Part shown: in pieces, positions 16,881 through 31,100 of the stretch
How the letters are laid out: each line of letters opens with the position of its first letter
How positions within the stretch are numbered: position 1 is the stretch's first letter
DNA from: a virus
Lineage: Duplodnaviria; Caudoviricetes
DNA: 64,000 nucleotides
IMG/VR virus record: IMGVR_UViG_3300020385_000660
Location: 832 to 64,831 of that record
Strand: one strand, 5' to 3'
Translations under genes and position numbers: made by a program
The notes under the pieces: generated by a model
What the model was told of the DNA's origin: nothing
Databases searched by the model: none
The model's input: only the letters and a program-made list of their open reading frames with translations

Positions 16881-17630
16881 ATGAATATTACGGAAATGCA
16901 TTTGGCGGTTCAGCAAGGAGTGGATAAGATTAATTCATTCCAAGCTGACACGCTTTTACCTCAAGAAATAGATTTAGAGCTTAATAAAGCTATTGATAAA
17001 TTTATTAATCTTAAATATGGTAAAAACAATTTATATGGTAAAGGTTTTGAAGAATCTCAAAAAAGAGTTGACGATCTTAGAGCTATTGTAAAAACTGAAA
17101 AAATAAAATTTAAATACCTTGAGGAATCTGTGCACAATTCGCATGTTTATTTTTCAGATGAGCTCCCAAGCGATTACAGGTATTTAGTTAAAACATTATG
17201 CACTGTTTATTGCAATAAAAGTTGCTCAACTTTAACTTGGCAACAACAAATTCTAGAAGAGCTTATTCCAGGTAATAGTAGAAAGATAGGATTAGTATCA
17301 GCTAAATTTGTTCAGCATGATGACATCCATTCGTTTTTAGCAGATCCATTTAATACAACTAAAAGAAATAAACCATTAATTGTTTTTGAAGGTAATGGAA
17401 TAAAAGCCTACACTAATGATATATTTATAATAGACTCCTTAAAATTAACATACATAAAAAACCCTGCCAAAGTTTCATTATCTTTGGATACTGGTATAGA
17501 ATCTGTTGATTGTGAGCTTGCAGAGCACACACATCAAGAGATTGTAGATATGACAATTAATAGCATCTTAGAAGGTATTTCGGATCTAAGATACAAAACT
17601 CAGCAAATTGAGTTAGGTAAAAACGAATAA
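16881..17630 (+). CDS. tail ring / head-tail adaptor protein
   Basis: EIDLELNKA, GFEESQKRVDDLR, YIKNP...CELAEHTHQEIVD pattern of crAss-like ring proteins. Confidence 0.75.
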   Translation: MNITEMHLAVQQGVDKINSFQADTLLPQEIDLELNKAIDKFINLKYGKNNLYGKGFEESQKRVDDLRAIVKTEKIKFKYLEESVHNSHVYFSDELPSDYRYLVKTLCTVYCNKSCSTLTWQQQILEELIPGNSRKIGLVSAKFVQHDDIHSFLADPFNTTKRNKPLIVFEGNGIKAYTNDIFIIDSLKLTYIKNPAKVSLSLDTGIESVDCELAEHTHQEIVDMTINSILEGISDLRYKTQQIELGKNE

Positions 17631-17658
17631 TATTAAAATTATATATTAATTAAAATTT

Positions 17659-18582
17659 TTGTCAAATATGAGACAAGTAATAGTAAGTAAAGTAGGTGCG
17701 GGAGTAAGCGCAAAAACGTCGGTAGGCGCACCTCAATTTCAAGTTCTAAATGCTGATGGTGTTTGGACTTTATGGGCAGCAGTTTCAACAGATGTTGATC
17801 CATTATACCGAATTTTTAAAGCTGGGGACGCAGATAATGCGGCACAAGTATCTCCTCCTTTTAGAAAATCAGCAATACAATCTTGCGTGGCAACACACAC
17901 TGCACCATCTAGTCCGCAAACTAGTACGCTAACGCCAACTGCGGGTGTAGTTAATGAGAAATTTATTTTAAAAATTATTGAAACTTCTGGAGGTTATGAG
18001 CCGTTTCCACGAGTAAATATTGAAATTTCTACTGCTACAGCTACAGTTAATGCTACAGCTACAGCTATTAATACTGCAGTAGCGGCAGCAATTGCGGTTA
18101 AAGGAAGTGTTGCTTCTAAAATTATGGCATCTTCTAGTAATCCGACAGGAACGTGTGCTATTATAGCTAAAGACGGTATGCGTCTTGAGTTTGCATTAGA
18201 TGCTCAGGATTCAACAGTAGCAATATCAAATGCTAAAACAAATGCAGTAGCTGGTGTTGGTGTTGGTGCTGATATTATTAAAGAAGAAAAATTACAACAA
18301 GGTCGTGAGTACTCTGGGTACGATCGATTAGTTGCATTTGATACTTTTGCAGATGTTACTGTTGCAGTATCAGGTGATACTTATCACTTAATTAAATTCA
18401 TTGTTAAAAATGATGCTCCAAATCAAATTAATGGAGTTGATAACATGCGTGAAATTAAAGTTTATCTTGATGAAGGTGCTACTAGTGATATTTACGATTT
18501 AGTAGATGGAGCAGGTACTGGTTTTGGTAGTGCTATTAAAGACGAAGGTCTTGTAGGAGCTGCTATTACTTTTGATGCATAA
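17659..18582 (+). CDS. virion structural protein (possible auxiliary capsid protein)
   Basis: 307 aa, Ala/Thr-rich, high-expression codons, candidate promoter at 17479-17486 and its own terminator. Confidence 0.65.
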   Translation: MSNMRQVIVSKVGAGVSAKTSVGAPQFQVLNADGVWTLWAAVSTDVDPLYRIFKAGDADNAAQVSPPFRKSAIQSCVATHTAPSSPQTSTLTPTAGVVNEKFILKIIETSGGYEPFPRVNIEISTATATVNATATAINTAVAAAIAVKGSVASKIMASSSNPTGTCAIIAKDGMRLEFALDAQDSTVAISNAKTNAVAGVGVGADIIKEEKLQQGREYSGYDRLVAFDTFADVTVAVSGDTYHLIKFIVKNDAPNQINGVDNMREIKVYLDEGATSDIYDLVDGAGTGFGSAIKDEGLVGAAITFDA

Positions 18583-18593
18583 TTATTAATATT

Positions 18594-18629
18594 AATTATA
18601 AGGGGACAGGTGCCCCTTATAATTTTTTT
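18594..18629 (+). terminator. intrinsic terminator
   Basis: AATTATAAGGGG-ACAGGTG-CCCCTTATAATT followed by a T-tract. Confidence 0.8.
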
Positions 18630-18647
18630 CATTTTTAATTTTTTACT

Positions 18648-19145
18648 ATGGCAATAGTTATTGACGCTAATTTTACTGGAAACTGCCAAGATTTATTGGT
18701 TAGTCTAACTGGGCAAAATACTGCACTTCCACATAAAGTTTTTTTAAAACACGTATCAGATTCAACTTCTGTAGAGCATTCCGGAACTATTTTACCTGGA
18801 GCTACAGAACCTCATGCATTTATGGGGTTAAGTAAAGGTGGTGTGTATCAAATAGAAATACGAGATGCAGATGTAGTTTTAGCTAGAAAATATGTAGTAT
18901 CTACATGCGCAGTTGATAAATGCCTAGTCTTATTAACAGATAAGTTATTAAGTTGCGGGTGTACAAGTCCCGCGTGCTCTGCTATTCTTAACAAAGCACA
19001 AAAAATAATGTTACTAATAAAATCAGCTGTATCTACAGCATCCAGAATACTAAGAGAAGAGGATTTAGTACTTGTGCAAGATGCTCAAGCACAATATAGA
19101 AAGGCTGTTCAAATGTGTGATGGTAACTGTGATTGCGGATGCTAA
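18648..19145 (+). CDS. structural protein with Cys-rich C-terminus (tail hub/fibre-attachment candidate)
   Basis: Ig-like N-half, helical C-half ending CDGNCDCGC; precedes the fibre genes. Confidence 0.6.
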   Translation: MAIVIDANFTGNCQDLLVSLTGQNTALPHKVFLKHVSDSTSVEHSGTILPGATEPHAFMGLSKGGVYQIEIRDADVVLARKYVVSTCAVDKCLVLLTDKLLSCGCTSPACSAILNKAQKIMLLIKSAVSTASRILREEDLVLVQDAQAQYRKAVQMCDGNCDCGC

Positions 19146-19155
19146 TATAATTTAA

Positions 19156-22100
19156 ATGGCTGCAAAAAATTGGATCTTATCCAAGCCTGTTACAGGTAAG
19201 GTTATAGAATTACGATCTGGAAGCGAGGTTCTAGTTGTAAATGAGGTATATAATTTTTCTTTACCTACTCTCAAAGGAGTATTAATTAATCAAAAAGATT
19301 ATAGACATGCAGCACTAGATGGTACTGTAACTACATACCAGTTTGAAAAATTTGCTGCAATTTTACCTAAGTTAGCTTTTAAAGTAAAAGCAGTTCTTGG
19401 AGTTGATAAATATATTATTGAATATTTATCTGACGATAGACTTTTAAATTTACCACCTACAACTATTCCGTTAAGTTATTTTACTAGAGGTGAAGTTACA
19501 TATTTTGATGAAGATAGTCAAAAAGAAGTAACTTACATGATACCAACAAGACTTTATGAAGTACCAAGTCTTGTAGGAATTTTAGATGAAAGGTGTTTAA
19601 ATTATACACCTCTTAGTCAGACAGATACAGGGTTTACAGGAGAGTGTATTCTTAATCCGGATACATTTATAGATGCATGTACTGATGGAAGAGCTTGGAA
19701 TAGCTTAAAAACTTCTAATCAAAAGAGTAGCCTTGAAGTTTATGAAGCCTCTTGTAAATATGACTATACCGGGTTTGAAAGCGAACAAGCTTTACTAAGA
19801 GATCCTTCTGTTAATGCAGCCGCTAGAAACGGATTCAATTATATTGATATAGTTTATGGAGAAATAAGCTACGGCGTTTATCAATTAGGTCTTGGAATTT
19901 CACCATATTTAACAGGAGTTACCGGAAGCTATTGGGATCTATCTTATGATCCTGCTGTAGGTTTTGATGCTACTGATGGGTATGATGACGCGACTATGCC
20001 TACAGTAACACTTGCTCCAGGTACTCATGTTATTGCTGTGCAAGTTGACGCTGCAGGTGGTACAAGTTTTATAGACTCTGTAACAATAATTGTTTCACCA
20101 AATCTGAGTGGTTGTACTGATCCTAATGCTTCTAATTATAATGTTAATGCAACTGTTGATGACGGCAGCTGTATAGCTATGCTTAAAGGGTGTATGGATG
20201 ACGGAACATCTTTTAGTAATACTTATTACACAGGAGGTTTTCCTGTAGTTCAAAGTGTTGTTCCAGCAATACCTGGGCAAGCAGCTTCAAATTATAATTC
20301 TGCGGTAACTCAACATTCCCCTCAAATGTGTACATATAAAATTTGTACTGATGCTGGGGCAAATAATTACAAAAATCCTGACGATATAGTTAATACTGAT
20401 CCTTCTGATGGTACCACTTTTCCTTTAAATCAAACTGTTCAAGTAGATCCGACAGGACCTTGTACATATGAAGGGCAAGTTAATGGTTGTACGGATCCAG
20501 GAATTTCAAATGCTTCATTCTATAATCCAGGAAATATATACAATACATTTACAGTTGCAACTACCACAGGATCTACTGCGGTAGGAGGTAATGTAACTAT
20601 GGATCCTGATAATTCTCATTGGAATTTTAATCCACATGCAAATACTCAAAGTGGGAGATGTATACCAAAATTTATAGGGTGTTTAGATCCTTTAGCTTCT
20701 AACTATGTAACTCCTACAGGTAATCCAGATATAGATGTAAACTGGCATATACCTTCAATGTGTGAATATAGTGCTTGTTCAGATTCAAGTGCAGATAATC
20801 AACATCATCTTGATGGTGGCGCTACTGCTACAGATATTACTGTTGCAGGAGTTGATGATTGGGGATACAAAGCAGATGGAAGTAGTTGGAGTGAAACAGA
20901 ATATTGGATAGCTGAAGATTTAGGAACAAATACTACTTTAACTACTAGTAGTGCTCAATATAATGAAGACAATACATTATGTACTTTTGATGTAGGATTA
21001 GACGATATTTGCGGCGCAGGCTCTCCTCAAATACTTGAAGATGCTGTATCTCAAGCTCTTCAATCTAATCAAATTGGTTATAATAATACAGCTGTTGTGG
21101 TAGGTACTTATGCAGGGCAATTAGATCCAAGTACAGGTAATGCTTGTTTAAGCCAACTAACTGCAACACAGTCGGCAACAGTTGCTGGTATTTCTTATCA
21201 ACAAGTTACTCAAGAAAAAGTTTTTTGCCAAGTTATTAGTGCTAGTAACCCTGTTTTATATTTAACAAATCCAGAAATTAATGGTACAATCGTTTGGAAC
21301 TATACTGGAAGTACAGGAGGAGGAGCAGATATAAATATAACTAATATTTCTGATACTGATGCTTCAAATGTATCTAACGCTTTAACTGCGGCTAATTATA
21401 ACAATAGTTTAAGTCCAACAGCATATTACTATTTTAGAGTTATAAGCGCTGAAGATGATCCTGTTAATGGATTAACGTTATCACGAGATTTTGGAACTAA
21501 TCCTATTATAGCTTTATTTGATGATGCTAATATTACAAAAGTAGGATACCAACAAGGATCTTATTACTATGTTCCTGGCGGAGCAGTTAGTAATTTCCAA
21601 GCAGGAGATTCAAATATTGATATTCCAATAGGGTTTGCTGTAGGTACAGATTCAGATGGTAATATATTAAGTTCTACACAAAGTGGTGCAGGAGGCGGCG
21701 GTAATAATTGTAGTCATGCGACTATAGATAATGGTACGGCTGCTGCAGAACCAATGTATACAATATACAGGGTAGAGGTAGCTAATATGTGCGCATATAC
21801 TGCTTTAAATTTTGTAATTGATGCAGATTTATCAAATGTGCCAGATGAAATTACAATTAATAACACACCAGTTTTTGAAGGTTCATCAGTAGGATGTACA
21901 GACCCAACTGCAACAAATTATAATTCATCAGCAACTTCGCAAGATTTGGCAGCTAATTATATGTTTGGGCCAGGCCTTCCATACACATGGCCAATGGCAT
22001 TATCTGATGGGTATTGTTATATAGAAGGATGTGTAGACGAGTATTACACAGCAGCAGATCCGTCAAATAATTTAATAGTAAGTAGCAGTCTTATATCGGG

Positions 22101-25100
22101 CACAGATATACCATTACAAGTAGGTATTTATATGCCAGATTTAGGTGGTTACATATATAGAATTTACAACGGAGAAGTATGGATTGTTTCTATAGTAGAT
22201 CTTGGTAATAGCGCTGAGTACACTTATGATGGCGCACTAGGTGCAGTAGCAGCTTATGACGGGGGAGGATTTAATGACTGGGAGTTACCTGACGCTGAAA
22301 ACTTAGTTGCCATATATAACAATGTAAGTAGTCCAACTAGTCGTGTAGATATTATTATAGATCCTGATGAATATTGGAGCAGTACTCTTCATTCAGAAGG
22401 TTATGCGCATACGTATAATTTTGCATCCGGTCCAACTTTAACTACTCCTAGAATAGTTTCATATGAAACTCAAGTAAGAGCAGTTAGAAGTGTTCCATTA
22501 TCTGAAGTTATTGATATTACTACTTACAATGATAATTGTGGTAGCGGAATTAATCAGTATGGTTGTACAGATCCGGCGGCATCAAATTATGTTGCAGGCG
22601 CTACTGCAAGTCCAATAGTAGGAGATATTTCTTCTAATTGTACATATGGATTTCATATAGAAGATTGGACTGAAGGAACTAATAATTACAACGATCAAAT
22701 AATTGCTTTAGGATATACAGATACAGTAGATGAGGATGGTACAGTAATTAGTACAGCATCTGAAAATTTTGCAAATGGGCAACTTAGCTATTCTGAGCAA
22801 GTAGGATATGAGCCATACGGAACATTTATAATTCATTATAGCAGTGTTCATGCGTGGAACCACCCTACAAAACAAGGGGTTATCCTTCCTTCGGAGCCTA
22901 CTTGCTTGTCAGATAGGTTAGTACCATTTATTCCTATACAAGTGTCAAATGGAACTCCATCATCAGTAACTGCTGACCCAAATTTAAATTTTGGTTATAA
23001 TCAAGATGGTGGTTTTTATACTAATAGAGTGCAAGTAATTGGTAAAAAAGATTCTAATACAGATACTATTAATTACACTTTGTATGCTACTAATCCAGAA
23101 TTAGATTCTCAGTATTTTTATCAACTACAATCAGGATCTCATTTAGCTTCAAATGAATCTACATATTTATTAGGAAATTCTACTAGTAGTATACTTGGTG
23201 CTATAACTTCAGAAAGCGCTCATTCACTAGCTGAACAATTCGCAAGTGCGGGATATGTTAGTAGTGATAATGGAGGATTTACAAGAAAATCTAACCATGC
23301 GTATTATTTTAGATTTGATAAAAATTTATCTTATTCTATAAATCCTAACACTGGGTTAGATTGGACTCCTTCAGAAATGCTTAATGATCTTTTTGGAAAT
23401 ACAAATGTTTTTATAAAAGATATGCTCGGCGATGCTTATTGGCCAGCTTTAAATTTTCATAATCTAAACAGCTATAACGTTAATTCACTTGACCCTCAAT
23501 CTAATTTATATTATAGCGATGATGCTGATTATCAGCATCTATCATTTGGAAATTTTTTAAGTTCTAGGTACGATGAGCCTACAACTGGCAATGAATTAAT
23601 TACTGATTATAATTTTCCAGATAATAATGGTGGAGGAGAATGGACTGTAGTAGGTGCGACTGCGGTAGGACCAATTACTTTTGTTGATTCTGGAGGCGGA
23701 GATTATGTAGCAAGACGCACAAGTACTGGAAATGCAATAACAGGGTTACAACAACAAATAGCTGTAACTCCAGGTAAAAAATACAGCATAACTTATAAGA
23801 AAAAAGTAAATATAGCTGGCACAGATACATCTTATTTTGATTATGCTAAAACGTATGTTGAGATAGTACCTGATGGCACTAATTATGGGGAAGCAATCGA
23901 ATACGCTGCTAATCAATATTTTACTGATGGTACAGAACAAACTGTTACAGATACTTTTACTTATGTAGGATCAGCAACTTCTATTTATGTTGTTTTATAT
24001 CTCTCAGGTCCTTGGGAAGGAGACATTACTGAGTTTAGCATTAAACAAGTAGACGAGTATCCAGATGGGTATATTACGCAAGAGTTTAGAGATAACACTG
24101 TTGCATGTAATGATGCAAAAACTCCTGGATATTATCTATACCAATTAATTCCTGATGGTAGTCTTGATACATATGATTTTTCTCCATATTTTGAATATCA
24201 AGATGAGGTATCAGGATGTATGGATGATACAGCATTAAATTATAATTCTGATGCTACACTAACTCAAGGTAACTACAATGATTGTTTATATTATTTAACT
24301 TCTTGTGATGGTACTAATCCAGAAATTACAGTAACTCCTCATGACGATACAGCTGTAAATGGAGTTGGATGTGCTCAAGCTTATGATGTAACTGTAAATG
24401 CGTGTCCAAGTGTAATATCTAACGCTCAAATATCTATAGTGTTAGGTCAGTTACAAACTAATAACACTAATTCTGATATAGCTTTACCTAACGGTGATAT
24501 ACTTCCAGCTTTACAATCAGTGTATGTGCCTGTACTACAAATTGTAGATATTGAACCTTGTATTGAAGGTATTCAACAAGATGATTCTCCAGCAGTAATA
24601 GCGTCATTTACATATGATCCTACTTCTGAAGATTACCAATTTGCTAGTATATCTAACGAAGCTAATATTTCATATATTACTGGAGGAGTAGGTATAGCGC
24701 CTAATTCAGATATAACATACTCGTCTCAATTCCAAATTCAATACGATGAGTATTATACAGATCCTGATGGTAATATTTTATTTGGAGGACCTAATGAGAT
24801 AAGCTATGAGTTTAGTGACTCTACATTATATAATGATAACTCTTTAATATCACCTATTATTGATGGGTGTACTACTGTGGAGTCATTTAATTATAATCCT
24901 AATGCTACTTGTGACGATGGTAGTTGTTTAGAGTATGTTTACGGATGTACAAATCCATTAGCATTTAATTACAATTCGGATGCAAATACAAATGACGGAA
25001 CTTGTATTCCTTATGTATACGGGTGTACAGACACTGAAGCTACTAACTATACGTATAATGTAAATGAAGTTGCAGATAATACAAATTTAATTGGTACATC

Positions 25101-28100
25101 TACTTACGGGGATATTTCATCTGTATCAAGCACCTTTGGTCCTTTTCCAAATGCTAGTACAAATTACGATATTAATACTTCAGTACCTGAAGTTTGTTTT
25201 TATTGTCCAAACCTTTTAGGGGCTGATGGATCTACAAACCAAATAAATGTTGAGTATGCATCAGATGACACTCTTCCAAGTTTTTCAAATTTAAGATTTA
25301 CTTGGAATTCAAATATAAATTCAGGTGACTCTTCTTTATCAGCTGCTACTGATGTTACTGTGCAAGTAACTATAATTTACGAAGAGTTTTCTTTAACTAC
25401 AGCTGTAGAAGATGGTAATACTATATATACAATTAATGAGTACGATATTGTAAGTTCAGTAACTGATACTGAAATGTATTCTTATGATCAGTTGGAAGAC
25501 GGTATTATATTAGAATATTTTAAAATGCCTACCACTAGTACTGCTACTAGAATTAAGTCATTAGAGTTTACAGCATACTACAATCCAGGACCAAATGGAG
25601 TAAACAGATGTTTACAAAAAATTAATCATGTTGTAGATCATAGTTTATATCCAAACTTTTTACTAGGGTGTACAGATTCAACAGCATTTAATTATTATGA
25701 TAATAGTGATTATACATCAAGCGGTTTAACTACTGGGATATTTGTTACAGATATAGATGGTAATACAACTGAAATAAATGTTATTACTCCTCCAAATTCT
25801 GATAACGGTCTTATATGTCAACCTGTAGTTGAAGGATGTATTGACGCTACAGCTGATAACTATAATGCGGCAGCAAATACAGATAATGGATCTTGTCTAT
25901 ATTCAGGTTGTACTAATAATACTGCATCTAATTATAACCCTCAAGCAAATGTTGACGATGGTTCATGTATTATTTACGGTTGTACACAATCATGGGGAGT
26001 AAACTATAATGCTGATGCAACAGATGATGATGGTTCATGTAAGACATATGGTTGTACAGATGCTACTGCTTATAATACACATTGGTGTTTAGATGCTAGT
26101 GACCCATGTTTTTCAAATAATTCTTATACATCTAGTGCTATACATAGTACTACATGTTACTACCAAGGATGTATGGATGCTGGTAACGGAGTTAATCAGC
26201 CGGTAATTAATTTAGCTAATGAGTTTGCTTCTGAAAGTACTAGTACATACACTTTAAACGATGTTTTAGCAAATGTTCCTGCTGGAATTACTCACAACAT
26301 GAATAATCAAATTGCTGAAGTAGTATCAGCTCCAGGTAATCCAGGAGAGCAAGCAACTAATTATAGTGCAAGTAATACTATTTCTGGTACTTGTTATTAT
26401 GAGGGGTGTACAGATCCAAACGCGTCTAATTACGAACCTAACGCAACTACTAATGATGGTACTTGTGTGTATGAAGCATGTATAGATGAAACTGCATCTA
26501 ATTATGGGGAAGGTGTTACAGTAACTGGTAATGCTTCAGAGCAAACAAATATTCAAAATACATGTTTAGGTCCAAATTTATTAGCTCCTGCAAATTCATT
26601 AAACTTTAATTATTGGCATGCAGGTATTAATGCTAATATAGTGCAAGTTAATCCTGTAAGAATAGAAACTAATCCTTCTTATGTATCAGGAAATCCAGCA
26701 GCTAGAGTAGTATTAAGCCCATTTAATCCTCAAATAACATTGTCTGGTGGATCTTTAACTACTCCATCTACATATAGTATACTTGAATATGATGAAACTG
26801 CGGGTACTAATAGTGCTGGAGTTGCTACAACAATATTATATCCAGAAGTTGCAGCTAACAGTGATGTTTTAGTTTATAATTATAACGTACAATTATCTGT
26901 ACAAAGTGTAGCAAGTGGAACTACATTAACAGTAAGAATAAAAGAATATAAAAATGTTACTGATATTAATGACCTTAATGTTTCAAATTGGGGATCTTCT
27001 TCAACTTTACCATACACTGAAACAGGAGTTACAACTTTAATATATGATAGTGTTTCAAATTTGTACATAGCTACAGGGTGGACGCCGCATTATCAAACGG
27101 AATTAGTTGTATTAGAAATGTCTAACTTAACATCGGGGGACAGTGTAAAAATAAATAATATAACATTAGCTAGAGAAACATGTTCAGATGTAGTACTAAC
27201 ACAGGAGTGGTTTAACGGTTTAGTTGAATCAGGGCTTAATGTGTCGTTAGATCTTGATAATGCAGAAGCACTTATACCTGTAGGAGGTCTTCAAAATAAT
27301 GATCCTTATTTTATTACAATAAGAAAATATTTTAATGAAGCATTAGCATATACTACAAGTTGGGGAGGAGAATTTAATTTAAATCCTAATAATGATTTAA
27401 TGCCTGGTCATACAGGATCTACTTATTTCCCGGATGCAAGTAATGAAACTTGGAGAAGAACTTGGTTTGTAGGAGATAATATGCTTAGATTTGTTAAAAT
27501 AACTCCGGAATATGTAGCTAAATTTAAAGTTAGTGAATGGCCTTACAATCCGATGAATATCGCAGATCATCTGATTCCTGCTCCATTTAATCTAGATGAA
27601 CCTAGAGTTGTTTTATCTCAATCATCTGTGACTTATGGTACTGATCAGTTATACAGATTAGATTTTAAAGCTAGACTGACTCCTGGAAATGCCACTAGTG
27701 AAAAAAAATCTATTGGAGTCTCAGATTATGTGGGAACAGAAACTAATCAAGGGGGAAGTACTTGGTATTACTCTACAGAAGTTAATCATCTTTATTCGGA
27801 AAGTGGAGTATATAATGCTATTCCAAACAATCAAAATAATTATATATTAGAATCAGATTGGGTTGAGTATACTGTATATTGGTATCCTACATCTAATTCA
27901 AACGGTATAGCTTTATATAATTATGGTCAAAATGATAATTATGAATTTGAAGTTAAACATATACGAATTGAAAGAGTTGTTCCTTCGGTATATAATACAA
28001 CAACTGATACATGTTACATCTTTGGATGTGGAGCTTCTGGATTATATCCTGTAGGCCACGCTAATGAAGGTCAGCCTTGGGCAACTAATTATAGTGCTGA

Positions 28101-31100
28101 TGTAAATTCTGAAATTGGTATTGAGGTAGCGCCAGGAACAGTAGGGCCTAACAACGAATTACCTTGTGAACTTGCAGGATGTATGACTCCAGGAATGGAT
28201 AATTACAATGAATTTGCAACATATGATGACGGATCTTGTTATAAATATGGATGTATGGATAGCGGACTTATTGAGGCTGATTATTCTCCATACCCTGCTC
28301 CAATAACTTTAGAAGAATATTTAGCATTAAATCCAGACAATGGTGCTCTTGATTTTACTCCAGGTTTCCCTGCAGATAATTACGATGCTTTAGCAACTAT
28401 TAATCAAGTAAGTGATATTGACTCTTCTAACCCTTGCTTATATACAGGATGTACTGATTCATCTTCATTTAATTATAGTTCACTTTATACAACAACAGAT
28501 AATAGCACCTGTATAGATATAGTATCAGGATGTTCTGATAGATTTGCTGCTAATTATAATCCAAATGTAAATACTGAAAGTGGTACTTGCTGTCTTCAAT
28601 TGCTAGGTACGGATGCTGATAACGATGGAGTATTTGAATTACAAAATAATATATACGGTCACTCTATTACTTCTTATACGTATTCGGGAGTATCAGCTGC
28701 AGCTAAACCAATTTTATTTGAATTAGTAAATTATGATTGTGTGGGAGATGCAGATGTAGATTTACAATTTAAATCTGGTTATAACGTGTTACCAGATAAT
28801 TTATTAAACAGTGATGGTACACCTAAAGTTGGTAATATTACTATAAATGCATATCCTGAATCAGGAGGCACAATAGATGATACTGATACTACATTCCCTA
28901 CAATAACTAAAACTTGGTCTCAATTACAATCAGGGCCTGTTACAGTTGATATTTATAACTCAGCTCCAACTGTATTAGCAGTTTATATAAGAGTGCAATT
29001 TACTTACAGTAATTATTCTCAATCTAGTGAAGATGGAGAAAATGGAACAAGTTGTACATATTCAGTAGATTTACATTTAGATTCTGATTGCGCTTCTGTG
29101 TCAGGATGTACAGATGATGGATGGAATACTACAGCTATTGATGGGTTTAACGCTCTTAATTTAGGATTCCCGCAACAAGATTTTAATCCAAATGTAAATT
29201 TACATGTTTCTAGTGATTGTGATGGAGCGCATGTTTTAGGTTGTATGGATGAGCACTGGGCTATACCTGCAAATCAGCACGTAGGTGAAGGAGCTTCTAC
29301 AACGCAAACATCTTGGGATAATTTTAATTATAATATTGCTGCCACTGGTAATGATATTCAAGGAAATGCATATGACGGATATAGCGCAACTCCTACTATT
29401 AATATGTATGATGACACCTATCTTGGTAATAGTACTGGTTCATTATACGGTACAAGTTTGGGGGCATATCACCCAATATATGCTGATTTAAATTTACTTG
29501 ATGATACAGATCCTGAAAGTGCTCAACACTCAGGGACTCCGTCGCCTAATACATTTGAAGGTTCAGTATATGGATGTTTCCCTAAAGTATATGGATGTAC
29601 AAATAATGCTAAATTTAATTGGAATAACTGGTATCACGCAGGAAATATAAATCCTACAACAGGAACTAATTATACTGGAACTGAATTTGGTGCATTAAAC
29701 TTTGGTACTCAGTATCATCAAGATCCTACTATAAATCCTAATACTAATCTTGCTTGGACGTTTGACGAACTAGTAAGAAATGAGCACTATTTATATAATG
29801 TAAATACTGCAGGTACTACTCAAGGTAATGCTACTGACACATGTTTCAATGTAGTTGGAGGATGTACTGATTCAACTGCTGCAAACTTTGTTACTCCATC
29901 GGGAGGATCAGCAACTACAACAGAAGGAGCATTAGCTGCTTCAGAAGGTTTAGGAAGTAACGTAAACACAGAAAATAACTCATGTTGTTATGATGCTAGT
30001 GATTTACCAGCTGATGTTGATTATCCTTTCAGTGTAACTCCAGCATGTAGTACATTACCTGTAGTTTATGACACTAATATTTATAATACTTTAGACTTTA
30101 CTTCAGGATGGTCAAATCTAACAAGTGGTACAGCTGTTGCTATTCCTCACGCTACTTCTGTTATTTTTGCAACAACTTCAGGTTTTCCTAATGTATACGT
30201 ATTAGACGCTTTAGCAAATTTAGATGTTGGAAAAAGATATGAAATAACTATAACAGGTCTGGTTTCATCTGGGCAAGTTACTGCAGCTATATATTGTGCA
30301 AATGAAGCAAAAGTAGCTGCTTTAAGTGGAGATCCTATTGCAGACTTTGTTGCTGATTTAACAACTCCTAATAATGGTACTGGAGTAGGAGGACAAAATG
30401 GGAATTCCTTTTATGAGACTGTAACAAGTACACAGACATTTATTACGCCAACAATTCAAACTGGATTTAAAGATATAATATTACTATTATATGGTACTGT
30501 TAATTCTGCTACATTTGCAATAACTAATATAGATATAAAAGAATGGAAACATCCTAGTCATGGTGTAACAACCAATATTCTTTTAGATAGTTGGCCAGAA
30601 TTAGTAAATGGTGTAATTGATTATTCTCAAATAACATCTATAACTGCAGAAACTCAAAATGCAAGTAGTGGTGCAATTTATAATTCAGGTTCTAAAACAC
30701 TAGCTGATTTCCAGAATGGTGTTGATTTATACACTTATATATATAATGATGCAGCTTCAAATGCTGAAACTTCAGGTACTTACAATTCTACTTATAATAT
30801 AGGAGGAACTAATAACTCTGATGGAAGTTTTGTAGATCCTAATCTAGCTACAAAAATTGTATATACAATTAATTATAATGCTGAAAATGGTTCTGCATGT
30901 AGCTCAAATGCTATTGTAGTTACAAAAAATATTGGTGGAACTGGTATTGCTGCAAGTGATACTAGATGTAGCACTGTTTATGGTTGTATAGATAATACGT
31001 ATTTACAATTTTATTTAAATAACAATGCTGGAAATGCGTCAGCTATTAATAACTTTACTTGGGGTGATTCACATGGAGCCACTATAGATAATGGATCTTG

